A stretch of DNA of 60,736 bases, the filler included, from Jimgerdemannia flammicorona (lineage: Eukaryota): NCBI GenBank assembly GCA_003990765.1. It is 3 parts of 3 records of this genome, joined end to end, with 100 filler letters (N's around TTAATTAATTAA, not from the genome) between each part and the next. Parts side by side here need not be neighbours in the genome. Positions count along the whole stretch, not along the records: positions 20,282 to 40,462 come from RBNJ01001742.1; positions 40,563 to 60,736 come from RBNJ01001743.1; 1 more part is not named here. One strand, written 5' to 3'. Shown here in pieces: positions 36,988-48,009 of the stretch. The position numbers and the translations under genes were made by a program. Position 1 is the first letter of the stretch. The number at the start of each line of letters is the position of its first letter. Below the pieces are notes generated by a model that had not been told where the DNA came from, ran no database searches, and saw only the letters and a list, made by a program, of their open reading frames with translations.

Positions 36988-37886
36988 ATTAATGACCAAG
37001 AAGAGTATGAAGTTGAACAAATCCTCAACAAATATAGCCACAAGAACTACCCTGAGTACCTTGTTAAATAAAAAGGTTACCCAATCTATGATGCAACCTG
37101 GAAACCCAAGACCAATCTCCAGAATGTCACTGACTTAGTTCAGGAATATGATTCCTTGAACAACTGAAATCTGAATACTCCGATACCTATCAGTATATAC
37201 TATATATTATCCTCCTAAACATTATAATTATTATGAATGAAATCAAGAACTCAGCAAGTTAAGACATAAGGATACTGATTCTCTAGAAAAATAGCAAAAC
37301 TGAAAGCCAGTCTATTCTCCCCATACCACTGGTGGGAAATGAGGCATAAACATTTAAGAAAATTCCTTAGAGGAAATTCTCCAGCAGTGAATGACGTCAG
37401 AATCACTTCCGGCATATGGTATTGAATATACAACCCTTTAACGTATGAATCCAATACATTAGGCAACTGTACTACAAGTATGCCACTTTCTGAAAAAATA
37501 GACTTTACTGGACTTTTGATCTCTCAAATGGTGTAACAACACTAGAACAAAATTAGAAGACCTCGATGAGGATATTGAAAGCTAAGAAGGGGAGAGTTGT
37601 AAGTACACAACCTCCAAGCCACTGAAATTACATATTACTCTCTGAACAAGCTACTGAAATCACATGTGACCTCTGAACAAATCTAGAAATCACCTGCTTG
37701 ATCACAAAGCTGAGTCAAACTGAAGTCACAGTGCATAAAGCTGAGTCAATACGAAGTTACAGAACATAAGATTTACACAAATGGAATCTTACCAATCAGG
37801 ACCAAACACATATATACTGAGCACCGAGACATGTCAAACAGAGAACCAAAACAAACAACAACCACAACTTCTGAATATATACAACC

Positions 37887-39416
37887 ATGACCACTGAGAT
37901 CTACAACTGCATCTATGCTGACATTTGGAATATCATTATCAACTAAGCCACACCCCCTCTACCCCTCATGAATATCCATAGCCTAGCACCTCTCTACTTC
38001 ATAGAAGTCTGATGGAATGCCCTGAATATGCTTAACAAGGTCCACTAAATTGGACAAATCTCAAGCTACTACCAGATTGGCTATCTCCTGGAAGACATGG
38101 TCAAATACCACCATGACATAGACATTACTCAGATGTCCCAACACTAGAAACTCATCGCCTGCAAACACAGAGAACTCTTCTATGAGTATAGTACTATTAT
38201 TCTCCATCTTTGAGTTACTACCAGTGAAATGGTTGCTACCCTATCCTATGGCCAAATTGATGACATGATACAAGAACTCAACCACAAGTACCTTGAATAT
38301 GTTGAAACTACAGACAGAACCTTCCCACACCTGGATGACTATATCCTGCAAATACCTCAAGTCAGATATGCTATAAAGGATATCTATGATATAATCCAGT
38401 TTGATGAAGATGAAGTAGAAGACAATGATCCCTCTGACATCAATATGACCTCAAGCCAAGGATCTCTACCAACCCTGATCATGCTGCCAACCTTGCTGAT
38501 AAACTTACAATAGTTCATAACTACATATGAGACTTATTGGGACAATGACCACTAGCATGAATATCAATCTACATTCATCTCTGATTACTTTAACTATAAT
38601 GAAGAGACTGGAGAACACAATCTGTACCTCCAGACAACCCTTGAGATCGAACCAACCACTCCACCACCCAAGTACAAGTGACATGAACCATAGCCACCAG
38701 CATACTATAACCCTGCAACTCATAGTGCTATAACCTATAGGAGGTATGCATAGTGCTCCCAAATGAGTCAAATCAATTCGAATTGAATCAAATTGAGGGT
38801 CAAATGAGTCGAATCAAATTGGGGATTTTTCAATTTAAATCAATTTGAATCGAATCAAAAGTCAAATCAAATTGAGGGTCTAATTCAAACCCTAATTTTC
38901 AAAATGCAATAACTCAGTGTAAACTTATCCAAATCTAACGTACTTTAGCTTCTTAGAATCACATTAATACAGTGAATCTAACAAGCTAAAATATGTTAAA
39001 TTTGGATGAGTTTTCATCAAGTTATTATATTTTGAAAATTAAGATTTAAATTGAACTTCGAATCGAATTGGACCTTTGATTCGATTTGAATCAAATCAAA
39101 TTAGACCCTTGATTTGATCGAATCGAATCGAGTTTGGGCCAAATTCGATTTGATTCAATTTATTGGGAGCACTAGATATACAGACAGTGAATCTGATGAA
39201 AGCAAAGACAATGTACTACTCTTTTGCCCCTCAATACCTTATCTGGTATATGAGACAGATGATGCTATCCTATGAGACAGTGATGAAGTTCCAATGTATT
39301 ATTATCTTAGCGAACAAAGAGAAATAATCTGCAAACCACTCTTCCTAGATAACTACTTTATCAGAGATAATATTATCAATGATGATATCATCAAAGACTA
39401 TTCAGACAGTGTCTAA
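37887..39416 (+). pseudogene. Degraded ~370-codon acidic ORF of unknown function downstream of copy B's PPT, split by a MITE
   Basis: One frame from ATG 37887 to TAA 39416 once the MITE and one TSD are removed. Internal stops are substitution-type. Confidence 0.65.
38751..39174. mobile_element. hAT-type fold-back MITE
   Basis: TIRs TAGTGCTCCCAA/TTGGGAGCACTA; 8-bp TSD GGTATGCA/GATATACA (two G>A differences). AATCG/AATCA subterminal arrays and a palindromic core. Confidence 0.85.
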
Positions 39417-40462
39417 ACCTATAAATAAGTCATAGTATAGTTAAATTAGCCTTATACAATATAACTGTAAACTAACTCAGTAGTCAGATGATCTCTTGAC
39501 ATATCAGATCACACTTGTACTATGTGACTGTATTCTGACTTAGCAAGGCACTAAGTGCTATATCCATATCTAGCATAGTTCAGATAGCCCCTCACTAATA
39601 TAAATACCCTCTCCCCCAGACCTCAGAATCTCAGACTTGAAAGATTTGAACAATCTGAACACAACTCCTGAGTACTTCCCCACAATATCTCTTTATACAA
39701 CTACTCCTAGTATAGCAATATCATGAATAGCAAATAAACCTATTTAATAATCCACAAATCACTCTTAAATAAATCCACTCCCCATTAAGTCCCACTCCTA
39801 ACCCCATTATGAAATTTTCTAATTGGGTATTGTCTGCAGCAATATGCCAATTCAACTAAGCTGGTCTTAGTTTCTTGAACTTCCTGAAATACAGAAAATC
39901 CTGAACATTCAGAACTAGTCTGAAAAAGGACTTTGGTTGAGACATCAACCCAATCTTGAAATCAATAAGTATAGAGGACATACTCCATATGAAATTGATC
40001 TTGACCATAAGAAAACAGTCTTCCAGAATATCCAGAACTTCCAGAAAACTCTTCTAGAACTACATAATGATTACCCTAAAAAGTAATTCTCTTATACTCA
40101 TTCATTAAGTATATAAGTTGGTACTGGGCAGCTGAGGTGGGATAGAGTAACTCATTGTTGGGAATTTCTCAGGCCTGCATGCCATTTCTTTGCTTCACAA
40201 TTGTATATATTATTTGTATGAGGGGACTGATTGTAGCCTTGATAAGAGTATTGTTATTGGTAAAAAGAAAGGAGTAAGAGTAGCTCAAGATAAAGAGAAC
40301 CAGGCCCCAGCCACCTTGGCCTTACTAAGGTTAGGTGTCAGGTAGCCTGAGGCTACTCTGTTCAGGGCCTGACCCCATTCACTTTCTTGTCAGAAAATCT
40401 GGGAGATGTTTTCCTGCTGTTTGCTTTATAACTTTGTTCTGAATAAATGAGTGTAGAAAAAA

Positions 40463-40562
40463 NNNNNNNNNNNNNNNNNNNNNNNNNNNNNNNNNNNNNN
40501 NNNNNNTTAATTAATTAANNNNNNNNNNNNNNNNNNNNNNNNNNNNNNNNNNNNNNNNNNNN
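40463..40562. other. Artificial contig linker (N-TTAATTAATTAA-N)
   Basis: Same linker as 20182-20281. Confidence 0.99.
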
Positions 40563-42091
40563 CCCCCCCTACCCTCTCTTGATGAAAGACCACTTTGTCA
40601 AACACCATCTCCACCCACCCCCCACTCTGTTCACAGATCCCTTCTACCAGATGACAATGTCATCCACTCTGTAGACCCCAATCAATCCACCACTCAGTCA
40701 ACAGATCTCCCATCAACTCTTCTCACCTTAACAACTTCTTCTATATATCTATCTATTGCTCCTCCTCAAAAACAAAGAGCCAATATCTAGCTAGCCCTAT
40801 CCACACTGCTAAAACCCACCCTACAGTCAGCCAACCATTATCTATACTACCCATTAACTGAGATTTCAAATCCTCCCAGTGATCTCTCTCTCTATCTGGT
40901 CTCATATCTACACCCAGCCAGTCTTCTACTACTATCCAAAAGTCCCCCAGAATCTCACACTCTCTCAGCCAATGTTCTGACATCTGCACAAATCTCCCAA
41001 CTTGCTCTATATTATAACACTCCTCACAATCAAATTGGTCACCATCCACCAGATACTCAGTACAGAAATTCAACATAATATTCCTCTATAGCATTTATCA
41101 CCACATCACCCAGAACTTGGAAGGAAGCCACCTCCATATCTCAGCACTTCATGACTAGACTCCTGCCCAGTCCCACTCCTCACCAATCCTTACTGCCAGC
41201 CAACTACTTGGCCAAAAATCCTGGCCAAGTCCCTGCTGACACTCTACTCTATCACCAAAATCAAACTCAGTAAGCAGAATACTCCCCAGAAGCAGTCTGT
41301 CTCATTACCACATAGCTGGACCCTATAGTATCTCCCCCTCATTGTCTCATCAGTACAGGCCTATTCAGTGCACTCTATCTACCACCCTCTACCAGAAGCC
41401 TTTATACTGTAGCAGAGGAGGAAGAAGGCCCAGTGAGAGCCAAGGGAGCGAACCCAGAGCCAGTATTAAAGTGAACAGAAGACATGTGGAAGAGTGTGTA
41501 TAAGGGGGATGAATAAAGAATGTAACCGAAAATGCATCAGCCATTTATTGCCATATAAAAATGTGGTCCTTATATACAAAATATGATGTCCCAAAAGGGA
41601 GGACATACCACAACTCGGGGCAAACCGAATTAGGAACTACATGACTGCCAGAGATAGGCGGAGATAAAGGGGGAGCCAATCCTAGTTGCAGGATAAAAAT
41701 CACAAACAAACACAAACAAAACAAATCCAAATCAAGATTAAAAAACATCCTTGTCCTCTCCAGGGTCTCGCGCTCGCTCTGGGGTCTCGGCCTCACCTCA
41801 CTTGCGCTCACCCCTCTGGGGTCTACAGATGTTTTTTAATCTCGATTTGGATTTGTTTTGTTTGTGTTTGTTTGTGATTTTTATCCTGTAACTGTGATTG
41901 GCTCCCTCTTTATCTCTACCTATCTCTGGTGGTCATGTGATTCCTAATTCGGTTTGCCCCAAGTTGTGGCATGTTCTCCCTTTTGGGACATCATATTTTG
42001 TATATAAGGATTACATTTTTACATGGCAATAAATGGCTGATGCATTTTCGGTTATGTTCTTTGTTCGTCCCCCTTATATACACTCTTCCAC

Positions 42092-43308
42092 ATGTCTTTC
42101 GTTCACTTTGACACTGGCTCTGGGTTCACTCCCTTAGCTCCCACTGGGCCTTCTTCCTCCTCTGCTGTACCGTCTGCCCTCAGGGCCGCCATCCTTGTTG
42201 ACGAGCTCATGGATGAGGAACTTCCTCCTCCCCCTCCCCCCACCTTCACCCCTGCCACTGTCTCATTCGAGACCCATATCTCATCTGTCATCCTTTCCCT
42301 CCCCTTGGACCTTCATCCCTCTGGTCGTCTGCTCCTTTCCCAGTTCCAGTCAGTTCTTGCCCTCTCTGCCAAAGAGGCTCATCTCTGCCATGACATTGAC
42401 GTCGTCGCTCCACCCACCATCTGCTACTCCGTTCTCCCTGAGGCCCACCACCAAGCCCTCTCTGAAGAGGTTCACGCCGCCACTGCTGCTGCCAAGCTTG
42501 CTGCCGCTGATGCCGCCGCTGCTTCTGCCACCACCGCTTCTACCTCTTTCCAATATGCCTGTGCTGCTTTTGTGGCCTTTGCCTCCTCTCGCCTTTTGGA
42601 TGCTGCCCCCTTCTGTGGCTTCGCCATCCAAGACGTTCCTTCTGTTGCCACTGACATTGACGCTGTACGTCGTTTCTCCTCGCCAGCACCTCCTTCATTG
42701 CTCGCCTCCATGAGCAGGAGACATCACATGCTGCCGCCACTGCTCACACCACTGCCACTGCTCCCCTGCCTGCCTCCCCCAAGGTTTCGGTCTCCGAGGC
42801 CATTCATGCCGAAGCTTGTGCTGCTGCTCATGCTGAGGTTCATTCCTTCACCGCTGCTGCTGCCAAGGCCCCCTCCAAGACCCCTGCCAAGACCCCCGCC
42901 AAGCCCAATCAGGCTTTGTCGGCCTCTTCCCAGTCCCCCTCCCCCGCCAAGACTTTCTCCTCTGTTCCCCCTACTCCCAAGCATGGCCGCCAACTTGGTT
43001 CTTACCCCATTGGGGCCTGGCCTTGTGCTGTCTGCTCTGGTCACCTCCACCATGCCTACTGGCACCTGGCCAAGTCCATCTGTCCTCATGGTGGTATTCC
43101 TCGCGCTGCTGCCCCTTCAGCTGCTCACTCGCCTTTGGCCTCCTCTGCTGGTTCCTCCTCCGCCTCCTCCACCCATACCCCTGAATGCAAGGGCTGCATG
43201 AAAGCCTGTGGCCACAAGGTCTGGCACTCTGACGGGGTGTGCTCTTGCTCGTCGAGCTCACCACCTTCAAAAAAAGTCAGAGAGAAGGAGAAGGCCTTTC
43301 GCTCTTAA
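42092..43308 (+). pseudogene. PLE ORF1: Ala/Pro/Ser-rich protein with C-terminal Cys/His clusters; one frameshift near 42680
   Basis: ORF 42092 joins the 42916 frame, which contains CAVCSGHLHH..H..C.H and CKGCMKACGH..H..C.C. Confidence 0.6.
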
Positions 43309-45322
43309 ACTTCCCCCTGGCATGGTTCTCCCCTGGTGTCCTCGTCCCTTCTTGGATTCTGTCGTCACTTCTGGTGTGCCCTGAGTGGTTTCTCATGTTG
43401 TCCCCCCTTCGTCTTTCCCAGTTGCTTGTCCCGAACTTTCAGGTTTATTCTTCTCTTGGAGCTCTTTTGTCTCCTCCTTTTTCTTCGGCTGACTGCCCCC
43501 TTTCTCTCCTTCAAGTCTTTGCCTTATCCTTGGGTCCTCGCTTTGTTTTTCCTGTGACTCCCTCACAATTCTTCTTCACCGATCCAGCTCATCTTACATG
43601 CTTTCGTCATGCTCTTGACCTTGCCATTTTCTTTCAAGATCGTGGTGAGATGCCCTCTCACTATTTTGTTCCTAGCGATTGGGTCCCCCCTCCCAATGTC
43701 TCTTCACACTGCGTATTCCTTGACATGGCTTGCTCATTGTCCATTCCTGGATGTGCTTGCTCTTGCTTGGTTTCAGACCATGCCATGCATACTATGCTTA
43801 AATTAGTCAAGCAATTGCCTATACATTTGCTCACAGTCACTGATAAGAATCAGGGTTTTGCACTTATTTCTAAGTTGCTCTACCTTGATGGCCTTTCTGC
43901 CCTCCTTCAAGCCACGGCTTATGAGTTTAGTGCTCTTGGATTGGATGAGGTTCTCACTCTTCTTCAGGTATCTCTGGCTCATGCTAGATTGCTTTCAGAT
44001 TCCCCATTCACGAACCCCATTTTTAACTTCTTCCAGGACTCTTTATCCTCCCTGGATATTTCTTTTCTGGTTTTCTATGCTCTTCCTAAAGTTCACAAGC
44101 CTACTTTGGCTTGGCGTCCTATTATGGCTGCTTACAGTTCTCCTACTACCAAGATTTTGAAGTGGTTATCCCACTTCTTTCTCTCCTGGATGGCTCTCTT
44201 ACAACACCATCTTGGGCCTGAGTATATCATTCTTCGTGATACTCAGGAGCTTGCCCTTCTCTGCTCCACCATTGTGCCTGTTCACTGTTTTTCCCACTTG
44301 GCCTCTGGTGATTTCTCCTCCTTCTATACTGCTATTCATTTCGATGAGATCAATGCTTGCCTTTGCTACTTGGGTTCCATTGTTTTTCCTTTGGATTCCC
44401 CGGTTTCATTGGCTTCCATCATTGAGCTTACACTCCTCATCTGTGGCTCTAATTATTTTGAGTTGGCCCTTGGCTCCTTTCACCAGACTTCTGGTATTGC
44501 CATGGGAACAAATTGTGCCCCCACCCTTGCCAACCTCATTGGCCTGGCCCATGAATTGCATGCATTACATAATATTACTTCACCTCTTTCCATTGTGTTC
44601 CGGGCTGGGGATATCTTCTTTCGCTGATACATTGATGACTTTATTGTCTTCACTGTTGCTGGTGTTGACATCCCTAGTGTGTTCCTGGGCATCTACCCTC
44701 CCCACCATTCTATTACCTGGGTGTGTGGTATGACTAGTATTCCCTTTTGGACCTTTCTATTTCTCTTTCTCCTTTCCAAACTGTTGTTTATTCTCATTTT
44801 CCCTGTTCCCAACAGTTCCCTGACCTCTTGTCCAATCATCCTCGTCACACTCTTCTTGAATATATTCGGGGTGAGGCTCGTTGTCTTGTATTATACTGCT
44901 TCTGTCATTCTGATTGGGTGTCTGCTGTTCGGGTTCTTGGCAACTTCATGGTCTATCATTGTGCCTACCCTATTTCTATTATTTGTGATCTGCTTGCTTC
45001 TGTTGAATGGTCTGTTGTTTGCTCTACCCTACTCTCTCCTCTTTATCCCCCCTCCCTTCTCTCTCTCCCCCCTTACCCTCTCCATACCCCCTCTTCTTTC
45101 CCACCCCCAATTCTTGTCATACCATTTGATCGTGCTCGCTGGGTCGCTCAATGCCCTGATACTGTCCTGCACTCTTCTCTTTTATGCCATAGACTTTCAT
45201 CTCTTTCCCAATGCCCTCTGATTGCTCATTCGCATCTTCCTTCTATTTCTTCTTCAATCCATTGCTCTTGTTTTGTGTTTTCATCACCTTCTAGTGCCTC
45301 CAGTTCTGCTGGAGAGGATTAA
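43239..45322 (+). pseudogene. PLE ORF2 reverse transcriptase without GIY-YIG; one TGA (44625) and one frameshift (about 44745)
   Basis: LSLGPRF, TDKNQG, FYALPKVHKP..WRPI, GDFSSFYT, QTSGIAMGTNCAPTLANL, R*YIDD, (F)LDLSI and thumb SNHP..YIRGE. These are Penelope/TERT-like RT signatures. Confidence 0.9.
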
Positions 45323-46484
45323 AAAACATCCTTGCCCCCTCCAGGGTCTCACACTTGCTCCAGGGTCTTGGCCTCACTCCGCTCCCCTCCACTGCCTTTG
45401 GCCCCTCGCTTCACTTGAGCTCGCTGCGGCTCACTCCGTTTTGGCCTCACCCCTCGCTCGCGCTCACCTCTCCGGGGTCTGCGGATGTTTTTTAATCTCG
45501 ATTTGGATTTGTTTTGTTTGTGTTTGTTTGTGATTTTTATCCTGCAACTAGAATTGGCTCCCCCTTTATCTCTGCCTATCTCTGGTGGTCATGTGGTTCC
45601 TAATTCAGTTTGCCCTGAGTTGTGGTGTGTCCTCCCTTTTGGGACATCATATTTTGTATATAAGGACCACGTTTTTACATGGCAATAAATGGCTGATGTA
45701 TTTTTGGTTACGTTCTTTGTTCATCCCCCTTATACACGCTCTTCCACATGTCTTCTGTTTGCTTTGACACTGGCTCTGGGTTCGCTCCCTTGGCTCCCAC
45801 TGGGCCTTCTTCCTCCTCCCCTTATACTGCAGTCTACTGATACTTCCTATCTGAAGCAAATCCCATATATCCTTTCAAACCTTGCTCTGAGGACAGAATC
45901 TGACCTCTCAATTGACCATAGCTAGCCTGCCCTAATCTTCTTCCTCTAGCACTACCAACTGTCTTTCCTACCAACTCCTGAGCACCTTCAACTGCTGCTG
46001 AAAATCCATCAATCTCAGGTCTCTATCTATCATTCACATCACTAAGGTCTCTCAACCAATCTGTAGCTACCTTCTTCAGTATTGCCAGCTCTCTACTATC
46101 TTCTTCAGCTGCTATACTACCTACTCTGGAAAATCCAGATGATACCCCAGATACTATAGCTTGGATAACTAATATATATTTAAAACTATGATCCTGCCCT
46201 TCAAGAAGAAACTCCTACCAGATCACTCAGTCAAAGCTCCTTCCCACTTCTATATTATACTATTCTATCACTCCTTTGGAAGAACTGTTCCATATATTGA
46301 AAACCAAATACCCAGATATCTAACTATCTTCCCCTTAACTACAGTCTACCTAAATTGTCCAAACCCTTCCAGTCCAGTACTAATCTCCATTGTCTTGTAC
46401 TTGTTCTAGTTCAACTTTACTCCTGCTAGTCTTTCATACTATTTTATCCCCTCCTGCAAGATATCTATATCTGCCATATAATCT

Positions 46485-47800
46485 GTGAGAGAGGGTAAAC
46501 CAAACCTCTGTATAGGTAGCTGGGTTGGTTCTGAGGTCTGATCTACTTGACCTGTAGTTCTTTGGTAAATTCCTAGGCCTGCTGTTCCTTGTTAGCTATC
46601 ATCAGACTGGTAATCAGTAGAGTCTTCATCTGACTCCCTTCTCTGATGAGATAGTGTGTTCTTGTACTGGCTAGGTCCTTCAAAGAGGATATTAGTCTCT
46701 GGCTGAGTAGATGGGCCTGCTTCTTGTTCAACAGTAGGGGATAGGTGGCCTGCTTGCTTGTTCTTGTACCTGGTTATGGTAGAGGCATAGTATACAACTA
46801 GCCTATAGTAGAGGGAGGTCTTGGTAGGGGTATGATGATATCTGTCAGAGGCAATCCACTCAGCAGCTACTTCTCTTATAGCAAGGGGTATAATATAATC
46901 TAGAAAATTCTGGGTGGCTGTAGCAGTAGATTCTGGGGTCTTAGTGGTTTCAATGTATTCTCAAAGAAGTTCATAGAACCTATGGCAGCTGATAATATTT
47001 CTAAGTTCTGGATGGTAAGTCCTAAAGGCCTGGTATAGATCCTTGTAAGCCTGGTCAATTATAAGCTGGTGGGTCCTTAGGTCTGTAGTTTCCTGGTGTC
47101 ATCTGGTCCTAATGATAAGGGCTTCTCTGGCTCTGGTTTGGGGATCCACAGTTGGTTCTGGGGGTTACTCCTGTCCAAAGTTAGTCAATCCATTGCTACC
47201 AAGTTGTAATAACTCTCACTTCTACCTCTCTCTTATCCTTTGGATAATTAGAGAAGTAAGACTATTACTTAGAGACTTAGTATACAATGTATACCAAGAA
47301 GCCTTCAGTTTGAGGAAGCACTTGCTTAAAAGTAGTTGTAGCAGCAGTATCTTCTATTTCAAAGATCTTTCTCTGGTTTGCCCTATCTTTCAAGGGTCTT
47401 GTTCTTTGCTGTATACAGGCTGAATTTGCTTTGGAATTCAGATTCAATGGGTTTACTTAAGTCTTTAGAGATTTATATACTGGTCTCAGTTCTGGCAGAA
47501 GTTAGCTAGGCTTCTGGAGTTTAGTCAGAAATACTAGAGTCACTTAGATATCATTACTAAGACTCAGGGAAATGTGTGTGTGGAGGGAGGACTTGATTCT
47601 TGTATTAAGGACTGAACTAAAACTGCTTTATTTCAGATGGAAACTGAGGGGTATTTATACAAGTTGGTCTTTGATTTCTGGCTAAGTATGAGTAACTAAT
47701 TTGGTAACTATAATGAGGTTTGTGATCATGACTTTTGTCAGATGGTTTTTGGTAAAAACAACTTTATGATCAGGACCTCAATTACTAAGCAATAATCAGC
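46485..47800 (-). mobile_element. 5' fragment of another LTR retrotransposon (LTR, PBS and degraded leader/gag)
   Basis: Minus-strand LTR end ..TTATTACA at 47205 followed by PBS TGGTAGCA; TATAAATACCCC at about 47650. The far LTR boundary is approximate. Confidence 0.6.
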
Positions 47801-48009
47801 TGCTGTGGTAATAGTTGCTATAGTACTGATTGTCGGAGATAAGCTGGATATCATTTATTCACATTGTTCACATCATTCATTACATTATGTTCATTGTACT
47901 CAATTGTATAATGATGTTATCACCAGGTCACATAATCACTCATCATATCTTGTCTATTCACTTACTTGTTTATTCTATTATAATTGGTGCCTTAACTCCT
48001 CCCTGCTGG

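Larger units (their letters stand above)
26849..37600 (+). mobile_element. Ty3/Gypsy chromovirus family 2 (copy B), 5'-truncated and interrupted by copy C; NC-dUTPase-PR-RT-RH-IN-chromodomain
   Basis: Knuckle remnant FYC*KIGHMASACP at about 26940, dUTPase 27057-27463, MIDSGASGNF, VYIDN, MDFIIQLP and chromodomain EEYEVEQIL..EYLVK*KGY at 36993-37165. PPT AAGAAGGGGAGAG is followed by TGT at 37598. Confidence 0.9.
41413..45818 (+). mobile_element. Endonuclease-less Penelope-like retroelement with two ORFs, inverted 5' pseudo-LTR and 14-bp TSD
   Basis: TSD CCTTTATACTGTAG (41399-41412) / CCCTTATACTGCAG (45819-45832). Inverted arm 41413-41750, pLTR 41736-42164, 3' pLTR 45317-45818. PLE-type RT. Confidence 0.88.
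40563..46480 (-). mobile_element. Degraded L1/Tx1-like LINE 3' portion (40563-41412 plus 45819-46480), split by the Penelope-like insertion
   Basis: VRYLGI motif and C-terminal CEEC..EHWLREC zinc finger; homologous to the LINE at 48010-51031. Confidence 0.8.

Noticed and set aside
39466..39700. Independent solo LTR
   Set aside because: A TG start and TATA box are present but no matching TSD or confident CA end was found; it cannot be separated from the long-LTR hypothesis.
41827..42164. Hammerhead ribozyme expected in PLE pseudo-LTRs
   Set aside because: Only CTGATGC/CTGATGT is present, not the CUGANGA..GAAA core, on either strand by eye. A covariance-model search could still find a variant ribozyme.
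41413..45818. DIRS-type element, suggested by inverted plus internal repeats
   Set aside because: No tyrosine recombinase or RNase H motifs; the RT is clearly PLE-type and a TSD is present.
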